A stretch of DNA of 64,000 nt from the human T2T-CHM13v2.0 reference genome, Homo sapiens. The stretch lies in assembly GCF_009914755.1 (NCBI RefSeq), contig NC_060930.1; one strand, 5' to 3'. The notes beneath the pieces were generated by a model, which worked only from the letters and a program-made list of their open reading frames with translations, was not told the origin of the DNA and ran no database searches. Below are positions 43,661 through 58,038 of the stretch, in pieces (position 1 is the first letter of the stretch; every line of letters starts with the position of its first letter). The position numbers and the translations under genes are program-made.

Positions 43661-46600
43661 CCATTCTAGAGCTCTCTGACTTCAGTCATCGACAACGTCC
43701 CCACCCCAGGGGATACAGAGACAACATTTCCCTCCCCCTGCAAGGGACCTTCTTTATTGCGTTCCCAATGGCCTCCATGTGGTTGACTCCAGAAGGACAG
43801 ACCACGTCTGCAATGGGCATTTTACACTCACCGGGAGTCAGCACGTCCCTGGCCAGGTCAGGAGGCTGGAGCCCGTGACATGGTTCAGCCGCCCTCTGTA
43901 AGGCCTCCTGACCTCAGAGGGGGTGACCGCACGTGGCCTTGCAGTGCAGATAGCTCCACTGTCAAATGCACACAGGTAACCCCGGCCCCTTCCTGGACTC
44001 TGGGAGGTTTCCAGCGGCCAATGTCTTACCTGTCCAGAGGGCCTAGTGCGGTTTAGGGCACATACCGGCCATTCCTATCCAGCTTTTCAAGAACCATAAA
44101 GCAAACCAACCAGCGGTTGTGCTGTTACTTCGTAAATACACACGTGAAGGCATTTAGGTAACGGAGCTTTATGTGAACTGTGTTTTCATATTGAATATGA
44201 GATATTGAAATAGGAGAAAGCTAAAACCGGTGTTTTAACTTTTAAAAACATTAAGTAATTGACAAAGCCCATTTAATAAGAGCTATTCCCAGGCAAAAAT
44301 GTTGATTGTAGCCCTTGTAAAAGGGCTTAAGATTGTCCAGACTAACATAAACCTGGGAAAGCTCGCATTTGGAATAAGTGAATTTCTTCTAGAGATGTAA
44401 TTTCCATTCATATTTGATCTGGAAACCTAGCTGTTTGTTATTAACTGCCTAAAGAAATTATGATTCCTTGCTATCTTTGATTTATGAGGATTTTGTTAAA
44501 GACTATCAAGGGAAAATCAACCACAGTCATCTGACAAAAATGAAAGCCTGCATCTCTAGGAATGATTTTCTCTTGAGATGGACCCTAAGTCAGAATCATT
44601 GGTTTCTGTCACCAGTGATCACATAAACAATAGCAGTATCTCAAAGACTTCACTTCCTCCCAGACTTAGCCTTTGGGACATCATTGATATTGCACATAAT
44701 GGGCAAGTGTTTCCCAAACACTGAGCAGTGGTTCAGTGTTGGGAGCAGAGCAAGGGGTCCATAAATCCATAGGGACGATAAATGCTGCTGATGGTATTTT
44801 CATGTGTATGTAGATGCCGTTGGGATGAGTGAAATACAAACTAACTTAACAGTGTTGTTCTTTGACATAGATCCATTTCTGACTCAATGGGGTATATGGG
44901 TGGGGGCAGACAGGGATTTCCTGAAATGCGTTTTGTGTTATCAAGTTGGGAATCACACCAGTAAAACTTCCACTTCAGGTCTTTAAGTCAAATAGTCATT
45001 CTTCTTAGTTCTAATTTTAGAACTTTTGCTGTATTCTCTATAGCATTATTCACTACGTAGAGAACTTATCCCAAATTGGGTCCTTCTCATCAAAGTATTT
45101 TTGAAAGTACTCAAAACCTCAATATGTCTCTGTTTTACCCCAAAGATGAGTCTTTAGTGAGATTTCCACAAGGTATCATTTTATTTATTGCTGATTTATG
45201 CTTTCTCCTGCCAACCACTTCAATTCATGTCTGGAGTAATCGAATGAATACTGAGTTGGTTTCAGTGAGGTTTATGAATTGGTATTTCGGTTAGGGGAAA
45301 GGATTGGCCACAAGCAATCTGAGTGTAGTTCCACCTCATGTTATCCATCAGCTTTGTTCAATTAAGTGGCTAAATCGTTTAACCAGATGGGTGTGACACA
45401 TGGCACAAAGCTCAGCATGAGTTACCAGAGAGCCACTCTGCTGGGTGCCTTTGGTGGTGCCACGACCATGGTCTCAAGGAGGGTGGTAACCCATCGGATT
45501 CAACCACTTCGGTTGACACAGACATTAAGGGGCAAAAGCAGGATGGAGGAGGCAATGAGTGAGAGCTGAGCTGTGACAAAGTATATCTAGAATCGCTGAA
45601 GAAGGTTCCAACACAGAGCAGTCCAAGGCCACCAGCAGCAACCACAGAAGGAGGGAAACACACACTGCCACTGCCAGCAGATCTCCCAGACTTCAGTAAA
45701 GGGACTGCTCTGGGCGTCTAATGCAATAAAAAGTCTACCCCAAGTAGATTCCTTGTTAGTCTTCGTGATTGTTTCCATGTTCCAGCCTCTCATTCTTTCT
45801 TTTTAGATTTAAAAGTAAAGCACCCATCCAAGACCCTGCCCCATACCTCTCTAGGACTGGCCTGCGTGAACATCCACTCCTAGAAACTGGTGCATTTTGT
45901 GGGCAGGGAAGGAAGGTTGACTTGGATACTGTTGAACAACAGGACAACAGGAATTGTATGTTTTCCTGCTGGAATAATACTTCTGCCTTCTCAGACAAGG
46001 GTCTCCATAAGGCCTCACCCACTGTTTGATCTTTTCTCTTCTCTTTGGATTTGAAATGGATGATCCAGATTGGCCGTATGAACATCATACTCTGGAAGGC
46101 TGAGTTGGAAGATAGCTGGGTCCTGATGCCTCATTAAGTCAAACACATGTTCTGAGCAGTTAAAACACCCTTGGAGACAGTATGTTTACACTCTAACTTC
46201 CAACAACAAAAGAAATTGGAGTTACTTAAAGTGGAGGTCTGGGCCTCATTGCAGGCAATATGCATGGGCGTTCTCTGGCAGCTCAGCGTTGTGTTTCTGT
46301 TCCTGTCACTTCTCCTAACATAAACCCTCCTCATTTCCAATTTCCTGGACTTCTATGGATGTTTGATCTTCCTAATGGCAGACCATTTACTCCCATTGGA
46401 AGTACCTTTCTGGCCTCTCCAATGAGGTGTGCTGAGCATCTGCTACCTGAAACTTCCCTGGCTTGTCTCAGAGACAAGGGAGCCATGCCACCTTCTACAA
46501 CAGCAAAGCTGATTGCTGGGGTCCTTACAAAGTCATGAGACATTTTCATTCTTCAGCAGGGATAGGAGAGAATCTGCAGCAAATCCAGTTTTTACTGTTC

Positions 46601-47124
46601 CTATAGGGGCAGGGTTTAACTTTTTAATTTTCCACTTGGAGACAATCCTTATATATACAGAACATTGCCAATACAATTATGTCTCTTCAATTTAGAATTA
46701 CATGTGCAATTTGTTTTGTTGTGGGTTTTGTCAGCAGTTCTACAAGATAGTGGGTTTAATTTATGATTATAAGGTGAAAAAGATGCATCCAGAATGGGCT
46801 CAAATGCTTTCTAAGTGCCCTTAGATTTTGCTATTTTGTGTGTTGAAGGTTGTGTAAAAACTAATTTATTTTCCCATGGTTTTAGATCTTCTCTAAATTC
46901 TACAGAAAAAAGGAATCATAGAAAGTCTAAAAAGGGATGAAAATAGCTAATAATTAAGTGGCCCAATTAATTTATAAACACTTCAAACTTGCTTTAAAAA
47001 TAATAACATACCATCCCATCAAAATCAAATACTGGAAAACTCACCCAAATGCCTTCCAGATTCAACCTCTGAACCTCTGGGCCCCACCTCACCTCACTTC
47101 AGAGGGAAAGACTCCTTTTTGCTT

Positions 47125-49090
47125 GGGAGTTCTGCTTCCAACCGAAATGGAGTAACAGGGACAAGGTTTACCCTCTCACCTGAAACAACTAGAAAACCAT
47201 GCGAAATATATGAAGCCATTGTTTTCAAGATGCTGGGCATCGGGTAGTGAAAGATAGCAGACCCTGAGAAATAGGAAACAAATGAGGTGAGCCCTGTATT
47301 TGCCCTGGCTCACTGCCTTTAAAAAGTTTTCTGGACATAGGACAGGGAGGGGGATCCCAGGTACAGCGTGGTGAAAACCTTGAGTGAAGAGGTTGGAGCT
47401 GAGAGTCCAGGAAGGTCAGAGTGGCTGAATCTTACAGTGCAGAGACTAGAGAGGAGAGAGCTCCACGGAGAGAAGCTGAGAGCTCTGCTTGTTAGAGAGT
47501 GATTAGCTCATGCATGTGAGAAAAATACAGAAGGCAAGGAAAGGAAACATCCAACAGGATTAGAGAAAACAGTACCTGGGGTTCACACAGGATGAATAAT
47601 AGTGCTGTTCCACCAGCCAGAAAAAAAGTTCATAATTCTGAGGCACTGGGTAGAGTGCTCAGAAGAGTGTTGCCTTGGTTAAAAGGCAGAGGCTGTCAGA
47701 ATAGATAAAACAGCAAAGCCAGACTGTATGTTACCTTCAAGAAATATGCTTTAAATACACAAATAGGTTATAAGTAAAAGTCTAGAAAAAGACATATCGT
47801 GCTGACACTAATCAAGAGAAAGCTGAATATCAAACAAAATTCATTTTAGAAGACTATTACCAGAAATGAAGAGGGCAATTTCATAATGGTAAAAGGCCAA
47901 ATAATCAAGATGATATAACATCCTAAATGTTTATGCACTTGCTAACAGAGCTTCAAAATACATGAAGAAAAACAAATAGAACTGCAAGAAGAAATAGACA
48001 AATCCAAAATTATGCTCAGAGATTTTAGTATCCCTCCTAATAGCACAGAACAAGTGGAGAGAAAAATAAGGAAGACTACAAAAGACTTGAACAACATTGT
48101 CAGCCAAATTAACCTTCTTGACAGTTATAGAATGTATCAGCCCCAAACAGCAAAATATACATTCTTTTCAAGGACACACAGAACATACAGACCAAGGTAG
48201 ACCATTTTTCTCTCCACAAAAAATCTCAACTAATTAAATAGAATTCAAGTAACTGATAGCATATTTTCTGACCACATGGAATTAAATTAGAATCAATAAA
48301 GAAACTCATGTGGAAAATCATCAACTATTTGGAAACTAAGCAACACACTTCTAAATAACCAATTGCCCAAGAAGTTATAAAAAGAAATATTAGAAACTAC
48401 TTTCAACCAAATAAAAGTTAAAATCACATATCAAAATTTGGGGGATACAGATAAATCAGCAAATTGTGGCACTAAAACACCTGTCTTAGAAAAGAAGAAT
48501 GGTCTCAAATGATCTCAGCTTCTACCTTAAGAAACTAGAGAAAGAAGAGAGCAAATTAAACCCCAAATAAGAAGTCAGGAAATAATTAAGATTAGAGCAG
48601 AAATCAATAAAATAGAAATAGGAAAAATATGTAGAAAATCAATAAATGAAAAGTTGGTTCTTTGAGAAGATCAGTAAAGCTGATAAACCCTAACCAGCCT
48701 GATAAGAAAAAAAAGACACAAATTCCTAATATCAGGAATGAGAGAGGTGACATCACTACAGCATCTACAGATATTAAGAGGATAATTATGGAATGTTTTC
48801 AACAACTTTATGCCAATAAATTTGAAAACTTAGATGAAATAAAGAAATTCTTTGAAAGACACAAATTTCCAAAACTCACTCAAAAACAAATAGAAAACCT
48901 GAAAAGCCTTATGTCTTTTAAATACATTAAATTTTTAGTCAAAAACCTCCCCGTGAAGAAAACTACAGACACAGACAGCTTCACTTTTAAATTACACCAA
49001 ACATTTAAGGAGGAAATAATGCTGGGTCTGCACAAACTGTTCCAGAAAATTGTAGAGAAGGGAACACTTTCAAACTCACTCTATAAACTG
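47125..49090 (+). mobile_element. Old L1M: 5'UTR joined to ORF2 N-terminal half, ORF1 absent, 3' end missing
   Basis: 5'UTR text to about 47678 then ttaaaaggcagag ORF2 text; peptides RNERGDITT and QLYANKFENLDEI. Confidence 0.8.
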
Positions 49091-49577
49091 GAATCAGACA
49101 ACACCCTGTGATTCACTTCCAGGGTTCCCATACCTGGGAGTCTTACAGCAAGACAGCGGATGTGCACTTCGCTTTACTCATAGAATGAAAAGCCAATGAG
49201 TGGGCTGAGAGGTGAGCTATAGGGAAAGCTGGGCTGAGTGAAGGATGCCGGTTTTATTGCATGACATCTACTTGGTACCTATGACTAGTTGCAGAGGGCT
49301 ACATGCAGTGAGGCAGCTGTAAAATAGAGCCTTCTGTCAGGAACGCTTGTCTGCTCCCTTTTCAACCAAGAAATGTTCATGGCAGTCAACACGTCATTAA
49401 ACAGTTCAGGAGCCTGGGTGGATATGGCCTGATACCAGAGAGGGTTTACTCCCTCTCACCAAATAGTTGATACGTACTTGTTATAGTACTCGTCACAAGT
49501 GGGCTAAGGTTAGAGGACACAGATTAACAGCTATAAATCCATTGTCATTGGGGAAGAAACGGATATGAGCACTTTTT

Positions 49578-49695
49578 AGAGCTCACCCTAGTTTGTCCAG
49601 GACTTTCCCAGTTTTTGCAGCAAAGGTCTCTTGTTCCCAGAATCCCTTCAATCCAGGATCCAGTCCAGGACAAATGAGAATGTTGTTCACCTTAG
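49578..49695. mobile_element. MER94 (hAT-Blackjack)
   Basis: ccctagtttgtccaggactttcccagtttt...gttgttcacctta. Confidence 0.6.
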
Positions 49696-50269
49696 AGAAT
49701 TCTGCATTTACAGGGCTCTCCGTGCAGGAGAAAAGCCCAGGAAGCACCACTATTTGGGATCAGCAGGACCACAAGGTGAGGAATGTGCACCAGGTGATAA
49801 AGATGTGGTTAGAGCTCAAACCTAAGACTACAGTGTAGACCCTCATGTCCTATGGAAGAACAACGTTAAATAACAAAGAAATAACCTTCGGTTTGACAGC
49901 AATACGAGTCATGGAGACTCTTTTGGCTGAGGACTCAGCATATAATGAAACCAAGCCTTCCCCAGATGCTACTTTACCAATTTTTCTTCTTTCTTTTACT
50001 CTAAAAAGAGACAAAGACCTGGGGTTTCTCTCCTCAAGAGATCTACTCTCCCTACTACTGGTGTTGCTGGTCACTTAACACTCTTTTTGAGACGGTGGCC
50101 TCTATGGTGGTGATGGGAAGTCATAGTTGACACTACATAATGAAAAGATTCTGACAAGGGTTATCTCTGCTTAGCATTGACTTCCACCCTCTTAGAAGTC
50201 TTTCCCATGATGTGCATGTTTTCAGAAAGCACATGTTCTTATTTTGGATGTTGCTTGTCAACACCATGA

Positions 50270-50480
50270 TGTGATGTTTAAGGGATTCCTCTGGGCCAAA
50301 CCCCTGGCTCCGCCACTTAGGAACAGTGTGTTCTTGGGCAAGGTTTTTAGCCTCTCCGTGCCTAGATTTCCTCTTCCAAACTGGAGATAATAGCAGGACC
50401 TGCCATGTGAGATTGATATGGGGGTTGAGGTCACATTTATAAAGTGCTGTGATGAGACCCCAGTACACAGTGAGCCCTGC
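50270..50480 (+). mobile_element. MIR
   Basis: ggctccgccactta...ttgggcaag...cctctccgtgcctagatttcctc. Confidence 0.75.
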
Positions 50481-50969
50481 TAGACATCCATGAAACTCAA
50501 CACATCAATTTTAGGAGCTACCTTGAGGCAAGCACATGGCAGAGGCATTTCTCTTCCCCCTAATGGCTCTGGTGCCTTTCAGTTTTTGGTGCTCTTCTAT
50601 AGCTTTGGGACACTGATGTGTCTTATGGAAACAAGATGTCTTATGGAAATTGCCTGCATGGCAGTAAAGCCCAATGCCTGCCAGCTTCCAAGGGAATGGC
50701 ATCTGTCTATGTGAGTGCATCTGTTTCATTTTCAGAGAGAAGAGGCTTTAAACTAATCAACAGTACAACTGTATCCCAATGTTGAAACTGTAACTAAACT
50801 ACATTAGGCCTGAGGCTGCCTCCCTATTGTGGGTTACCCCCTAACTTAATACATAAAGGATCTGACAGCCTAATGTAGGAGGTTGCTTTTCTATTTGGTT
50901 GGTATAAAAGTAATTGTGGTTTGGACCATGAATTTTATATCATTATAGCTAGGCTCAAACACATCTTTA

Positions 50970-52343
<1,374 letters not shown>

Positions 52344-55300
52344 TTAAGAATGTATTCCAATATCAAATGGCAAATTCCAGCAATGCAAAAACTGCAATTA
52401 CTATTCCACTCAAACAAACCAATAACTGAGTCTCAGGCAATCACAGCAGCCTAGCTTCAGTCAAGCATGGCCTGCTGATCAGACTATGCCCAAATAAGGC
52501 TGAGACTGGGCTGTAACCAGCAGAGCTGCCCCATGCCTCACTTCCATGTTCTGTCCACAAATCTGCCTATTCTCAGAGCTGCCCTGTTCGCGAATCATTC
52601 TTTGCTCATTAAATTTAATTTGTCCAAAATTCTTCTTTTAACAAAACTTTAATTAAGGGAGTTGTACAGCCTGTGCCAATGTTTAAAAAGTCCCCCAATT
52701 TGGAAAAAAAAAAAGCATTAAAAAGTAAAATACAAGAAGTAAAGGAAAATGTCTCCATTCTTTTCTAGTATTTGCTGACTTCACACAGTGCTTCTCACTG
52801 GGGACATATCTCTCCAGTGAAGCAGCTCCTCTGAGCCCGGGCCAGCACAGACATGGCCTTAAAAGAGGCAGCACAGCAAATAGGGCAGGGGTATTTTGAA
52901 CTTTCCATATCTACACATCACCTTAAAAATGATAAAGTATTTCAGAGTGCAGAATAGAAAAAGAAAAGCTTTTTGGCACAGGGAAAGGATTATATATATG
53001 ATTTTTTATATGTTTTTAAACTATGTAGCAGGCACTGCAGTCAGCCCCGCGGGTGGGATGGGAGAGCAAACTGACTTTGAAGGATGCCACGTGCTTCAGA
53101 CCTCCACCGCACCAGGGCTGGGGAACCAGGTACCTGCATAGCCCCTCCCAAAACTTGTTCTGGGCCTGGGGTCCTCGTCTGTCACTGGTCCCTTAGACAA
53201 CTGTGATGAGAGCAGAAAACACCCTTCTTGTCAACTCCAGGACATGTGAAGTTTCTGCTCGAACCATAGGAAAACATGTCAGTGGGAGGCGAACCTCAAA
53301 GTAGCGGGCTCTGGTTCCAGCTTTTGCTGTTTCCGCAGGGGTTTGGTGAGTGTAACTGCACTTCTGCGGGTGCTGCTCTCCGCCAAGAAATACGTGTCCC
53401 AGTTCCAGCGTCCAACACAAACTTCCTTAGCTTTGTCTTCTCTCAGATGAGCATTCTTGCCTCAGTAGATGCCGGCCTTGAGGTCCTGGGCCTTTCCTCC
53501 AGCAGAATTACTCCAAAAACACAGAAGGCCTATGCTTTCTGACTTGCACTGTCAAAACAGAGTATTAGTGTCCCTACCATGGGATCTGTTGTCCACTTTT
53601 GTCCCATGAAACACAGTCCACTTCTATGACCAGCCACTCTCCCATCCACTGTTGCTGACTGGTGCTGTCTCCAGGGTCTGTTTAGATGCTCTGAACACCT
53701 CACTTGCGAGGTTGCTCAAGGGAAGAACTTCCAAAGGCATTTCCTGAAAAGTAAAGGAGAATCACTGACTATTGACCTTTTGTTTGATTATTATAACCCC
53801 AATTCAATTACTTCTTTGCTGTGCAGCAAACTAATTTAGAATTTGCCTTTTATTAGTAGTGTATTAGAAAAAAGATTAATATTTTTCATTTTATCCTGCT
53901 TTATCTCTTGCCAAAAAATAACAAGAGAAGACAAAGAAGGCCACAGCTTCATGAAATAAATTTTCTCTACATAATATGCAGTTATCATTTAAGAGATAAT
54001 GATATTTTACATGCATATGCAATATTCAACTTCAGCCTATTTTCATTTAATCTTTATAACTATTCTGTGATGTTGAAAGAACAGATAGGATTATCTTTGC
54101 CTTGTAAAGGTGACTTGCCTGAAGCCACATGAGGATGCAGTGTCAGAGCCAAGGGAATTTTGTTCTCCCCAGTCCTAGCCCAGTCTGTGTCCATCTGGGG
54201 CCCGACAGGTCTCCCTCAGCCCCTATGTCTTCCCATCCCTGCCAGGTATGTAGGGGGTCTTGGTCTTCATCTTCCTGCTCACACTCCCGCACAACGGGGC
54301 ATCATAGTTAAGCTGTGAGATGTGAGCAACACCAGCGACACCCACAAGGCCTGCTTTTCCTCATTAGCTGGGAACTTGTACCTAGTTCAAGGCCAGCGCT
54401 GCCAGCATAATGGGGAGGAACACTGACATCAAATTGAAGCAGGAGCTTAGTGGGAAAGGAGGAGAAGAGGAAGGAGACAGGGGCTCCAAGGGAGGAGAGG
54501 GCCTGAAAGCCTCAGAGCCACGGGCAGAGTGAGAGCCGTGTCCAGCCTCCTAGACTGAGTGCTCCCTGATCCGCTTCAGATAAGACCAGCCCTGTAGGTG
54601 AGGGACTGGGCCGCTGAGGTCCAGCCAATCAGGTTGCAGAATCACAGGACCCTGGTGGTCATCCAGGCCTGTGGTTCTCAAATATGTCTTCATCAGCAGA
54701 ACACTCTCCTCAAAATAACTCTTAAGTGCCTCCCACTATGTAAATCAGCTACAAGGAGAGCTGCCTCTGGCCAAGCAAGGGAGAAGCAGAAGGTGCCACC
54801 CCCATCCTCTCCTGGTCCCAGTGGCCCCATCCAGCACCAGGGCTCACATTTTGAAAATCATTGAGCTCATCCAACTCCCTGCTTTTACAGATTTGACAGC
54901 TGGGCCTACAGCAGCTAGATGGCTTACCAAAGGCCCATTGAATCTTTAAGTGGCAAAGCCAGGGCTCCTGTCCTGAGCCATCTCCAGGCAGAGAGACATG
55001 TGGAGACAAAAACCCTAACAATGGTGCTGGAGCTCCTGGAAGTGATTCCTTGTCATGTCACTTAAGAGCTGTGTGACTGTGGACACACAGCTCAAACCCC
55101 AGTCCCCACACCCCCTCCCACCAGTCTCAGTTTTCCCACTGGTAGAGGGGAGATGATGTTCACACACACCTGCCTTGGGAGGGAGCTGAGAGTCCTGAAT
55201 GAGGTGAGTGTGAGGTGCTGAGCACAGCACCTGGTGTGTCATCAGCATGGGGGTGTGCTGTTGCTATATACAAATGAGTTTTCTGAGTTGGAAGCTTGAC

Positions 55301-55429
55301 AATAGAAACTTTTGATAAGGTGTTTTGCCATCACAGTGCACATCACAGCCTCAGGGAGACGTTCAGGCAAGCCATGTAGAACTCATCGTTATTTTCCCTT
55401 TACTCCATGTTACATAGGTTACTCTCAGC

Positions 55430-55835
55430 ATTGCTTTAGTTATCAGTTGCTGTATAACAAACCACCCCAAAACACAGTGGCTCAAAATCACAACATTCCT
55501 GTTGCCTGCAAGGCTGTGCTTCAGGGTCTGGGCAGGGTGCAAGAGGGAAGGCTCATCATTCCTCCACATGTGTCGACTGGGGTGGCTCCATCCTCATCTA
55601 CCTGTCTTCTCTCTTCCCACATGAACTCTCACTAGTCAATGCTCTAGCCTGGGTCTCCAGCTTGGAGCTAACCTCCAACAGGTGAACACGATAGCTGTAA
55701 AGCCTCCTGAGGTCTGGGCTCAGAGGTAGCACATTTACTCTTCTGCCGAATCCTGTTGGCCAAAAGTCTGGGCAGCCCAGGTTCCAGGGGAGGGGAAATG
55801 GGTTCCACCTCTTGAGGACAGATGCTGCACATGAA
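55430..55835 (-). mobile_element. MLT1 (G/H-type) LTR
   Basis: ttgctgtataacaaaccaccccaaaacacagtggc...ttccacctcttga. Confidence 0.75.
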
Positions 55836-57299
55836 CACACGATGGAGAACACTGCTGGTGCCCATACTGCACACAAGTCCATCACTGCTCTCTCTGCAGT
55901 TATTATGGTTGTCTATTCCACATGTCTTTCTCCTCTGCGTGTGTGCACGTGTTCCCTTTCATGCCAGCATGTGTCCAAGGATTCTCAGAATGCAGCTCAC
56001 AGACTGACTTGTTTAATATATGTTGATTGAATCAACAAATAAGGAAGTGGATAAATCTCAATTTTTACCTTAACTTTATAAGAACAAGAACAGAGTGTTC
56101 ACTTAGAAGAAAAACAAAAACCCTCAAAGTCACACTCAGGACTTGGACTTTCTTTTTGATTTTGATACATGTACTTCTCTCTCTGCCATTATGTTTTTAG
56201 TGTTTGGGCACTAAAAAGAGGAAAATAGCAGGTCGGGAAGGATTTCAGAAGAAAATACGCCCATCCTTCCCCTGACTGCAGATGGAAGAGGCTCGACTGG
56301 AGAATGAATACAGGAATCAGGACTTCGGAGAAGTGCAGGTCGATTCTTGAAAGAAGCTGGACTGGGCTTCACATATACACAGTGAAATCTGAAATTTCCA
56401 AAAGTACAAGCTTTGAAGCAAAGCAAAGCTTACACTAAAAGTAAATCCTTCCAACGTCTCCTAGGGAATCTGCCCTTTAGCCTCAAGGCAACGTTCTTGT
56501 CTCCAACCATGGTAAATAGATTTTTCTCTTCATAGAGAGCTATAAAGCAGACCCCGGGTGGCATGATGAAGCTTTGTTTCTGTCTTTGCATCCAAGCTAA
56601 ACAGCGTGCAGTCCTGTGCAAACCAAACTTCCTGGGGAAGAAAATCCAAGGCTCTGAAACAGAGTGTCCAGAAAAGCCTGCGACGGTGCTGGATGCAGCG
56701 AACTGAATTCACGTGTTCCCCACTGGCTTGCACACAGCCCCACAGCTGAACACCAACAAGGGGCCCTGCGCTGCTTCGGTGGCAGTGGGTCCTGGAGCTG
56801 CGTCCTCGGCCAGGGATGAAAAAGAGGGGAGGTGGTGGGGTGGGGTGGGGGTGGGAGGGGCTGACAAACTTTCCATTTCACAGTGCACTTGGAGAAAGAC
56901 AAGTCCCTGAATTGTCACTGCAGTTTAAGCAACCCCAGCCATGTGGAAACTCAGGAGAGGCCTGAAGTCAGGATCATTTGTCAAGCGTATTGGGTTTCAA
57001 AAAGGAATCCTAATGGTCACTATTAAAGCCTTGCTAACTTCAGGAGAGAACCAGGGCTCTGTTAGGAGCTGGGCAGACGCCCTCCCTTGAACACTTTTCC
57101 TCCCTGTCTTGGGGCAGTTACTTGTCCTGTGAGTGGTGCCATAAGAGCTTTGGGGACTGGCAAACTCCATATGAGCTACCATTAATCCTCATTCTAAAGG
57201 CATGAAAAATGGACAGCTGCAAGGGTGTGGAAGGGGGTGCTTCTTAGTTACTTGTGGGGAGCGATGGCATAAACCTGGAAGGGGGAGGAGTCAGAAAAA

Positions 57300-57502
57300 C
57301 AAACTTTGGGGTGTGGCCCAGACAAGGAATCAAACCCTGGCCGTCGTTCAACAGCCATTTCCCCTTAGAGGCCTTAGCTGTCTTCTCAGAACCTCTCAGT
57401 TTCCTCATCTGCAGAACAGAGGACATAAAACCGACCTCCTAGGGTTGAGGTGAGGATCCCATTCCTCAGCATTGTGCCAGGGCTCAGTAAAGATGAGCTC
57501 TT
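57300..57502 (+). mobile_element. MIR
   Basis: ctcagtttcctcatctg core followed by gggttgaggtgaggat. Confidence 0.7.
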
Positions 57503-57525
57503 ATGAGTTACTTAAGAATATATGA

Positions 57526-57606
57526 GCCTCCAGTTTTTGCCCATTCATTATGATATTGACTGTGGGTTTGTCATAAATAGCTCTTATTATTTTGAGATAC
57601 GTCCCA
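57526..57606 (-). mobile_element. Isolated internal L1PA ORF2 fragment (about 80 bp)
   Basis: Aligns with 14122-14202 of the full-length L1 in this window (gtgggtttgtcataaatagctcttattattttgagatac). Confidence 0.9.
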
Positions 57607-57717
57607 GGCCTGGCAGGCCAGCAGTGGCAGCAGCAGTGAGGACAGAAAATCTTCTAAAATAAATGTGCCTAGAGGAAGATCTGCCTTAAGAGAGAGATGT
57701 ATCCTAGCTAGGGTTAG

Positions 57718-58038
<321 letters not shown>

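Noticed and set aside
43158-43664. ORFs of 73-145 aa over the CpG island
   Set aside because: Expected from stop-poor GC-rich DNA; no recognisable domain
45400-46600. Unique sequence with short ORFs and AATAAA at 45725 as a terminal exon
   Set aside because: No consistent frame, recognisable protein or convincing splice pair
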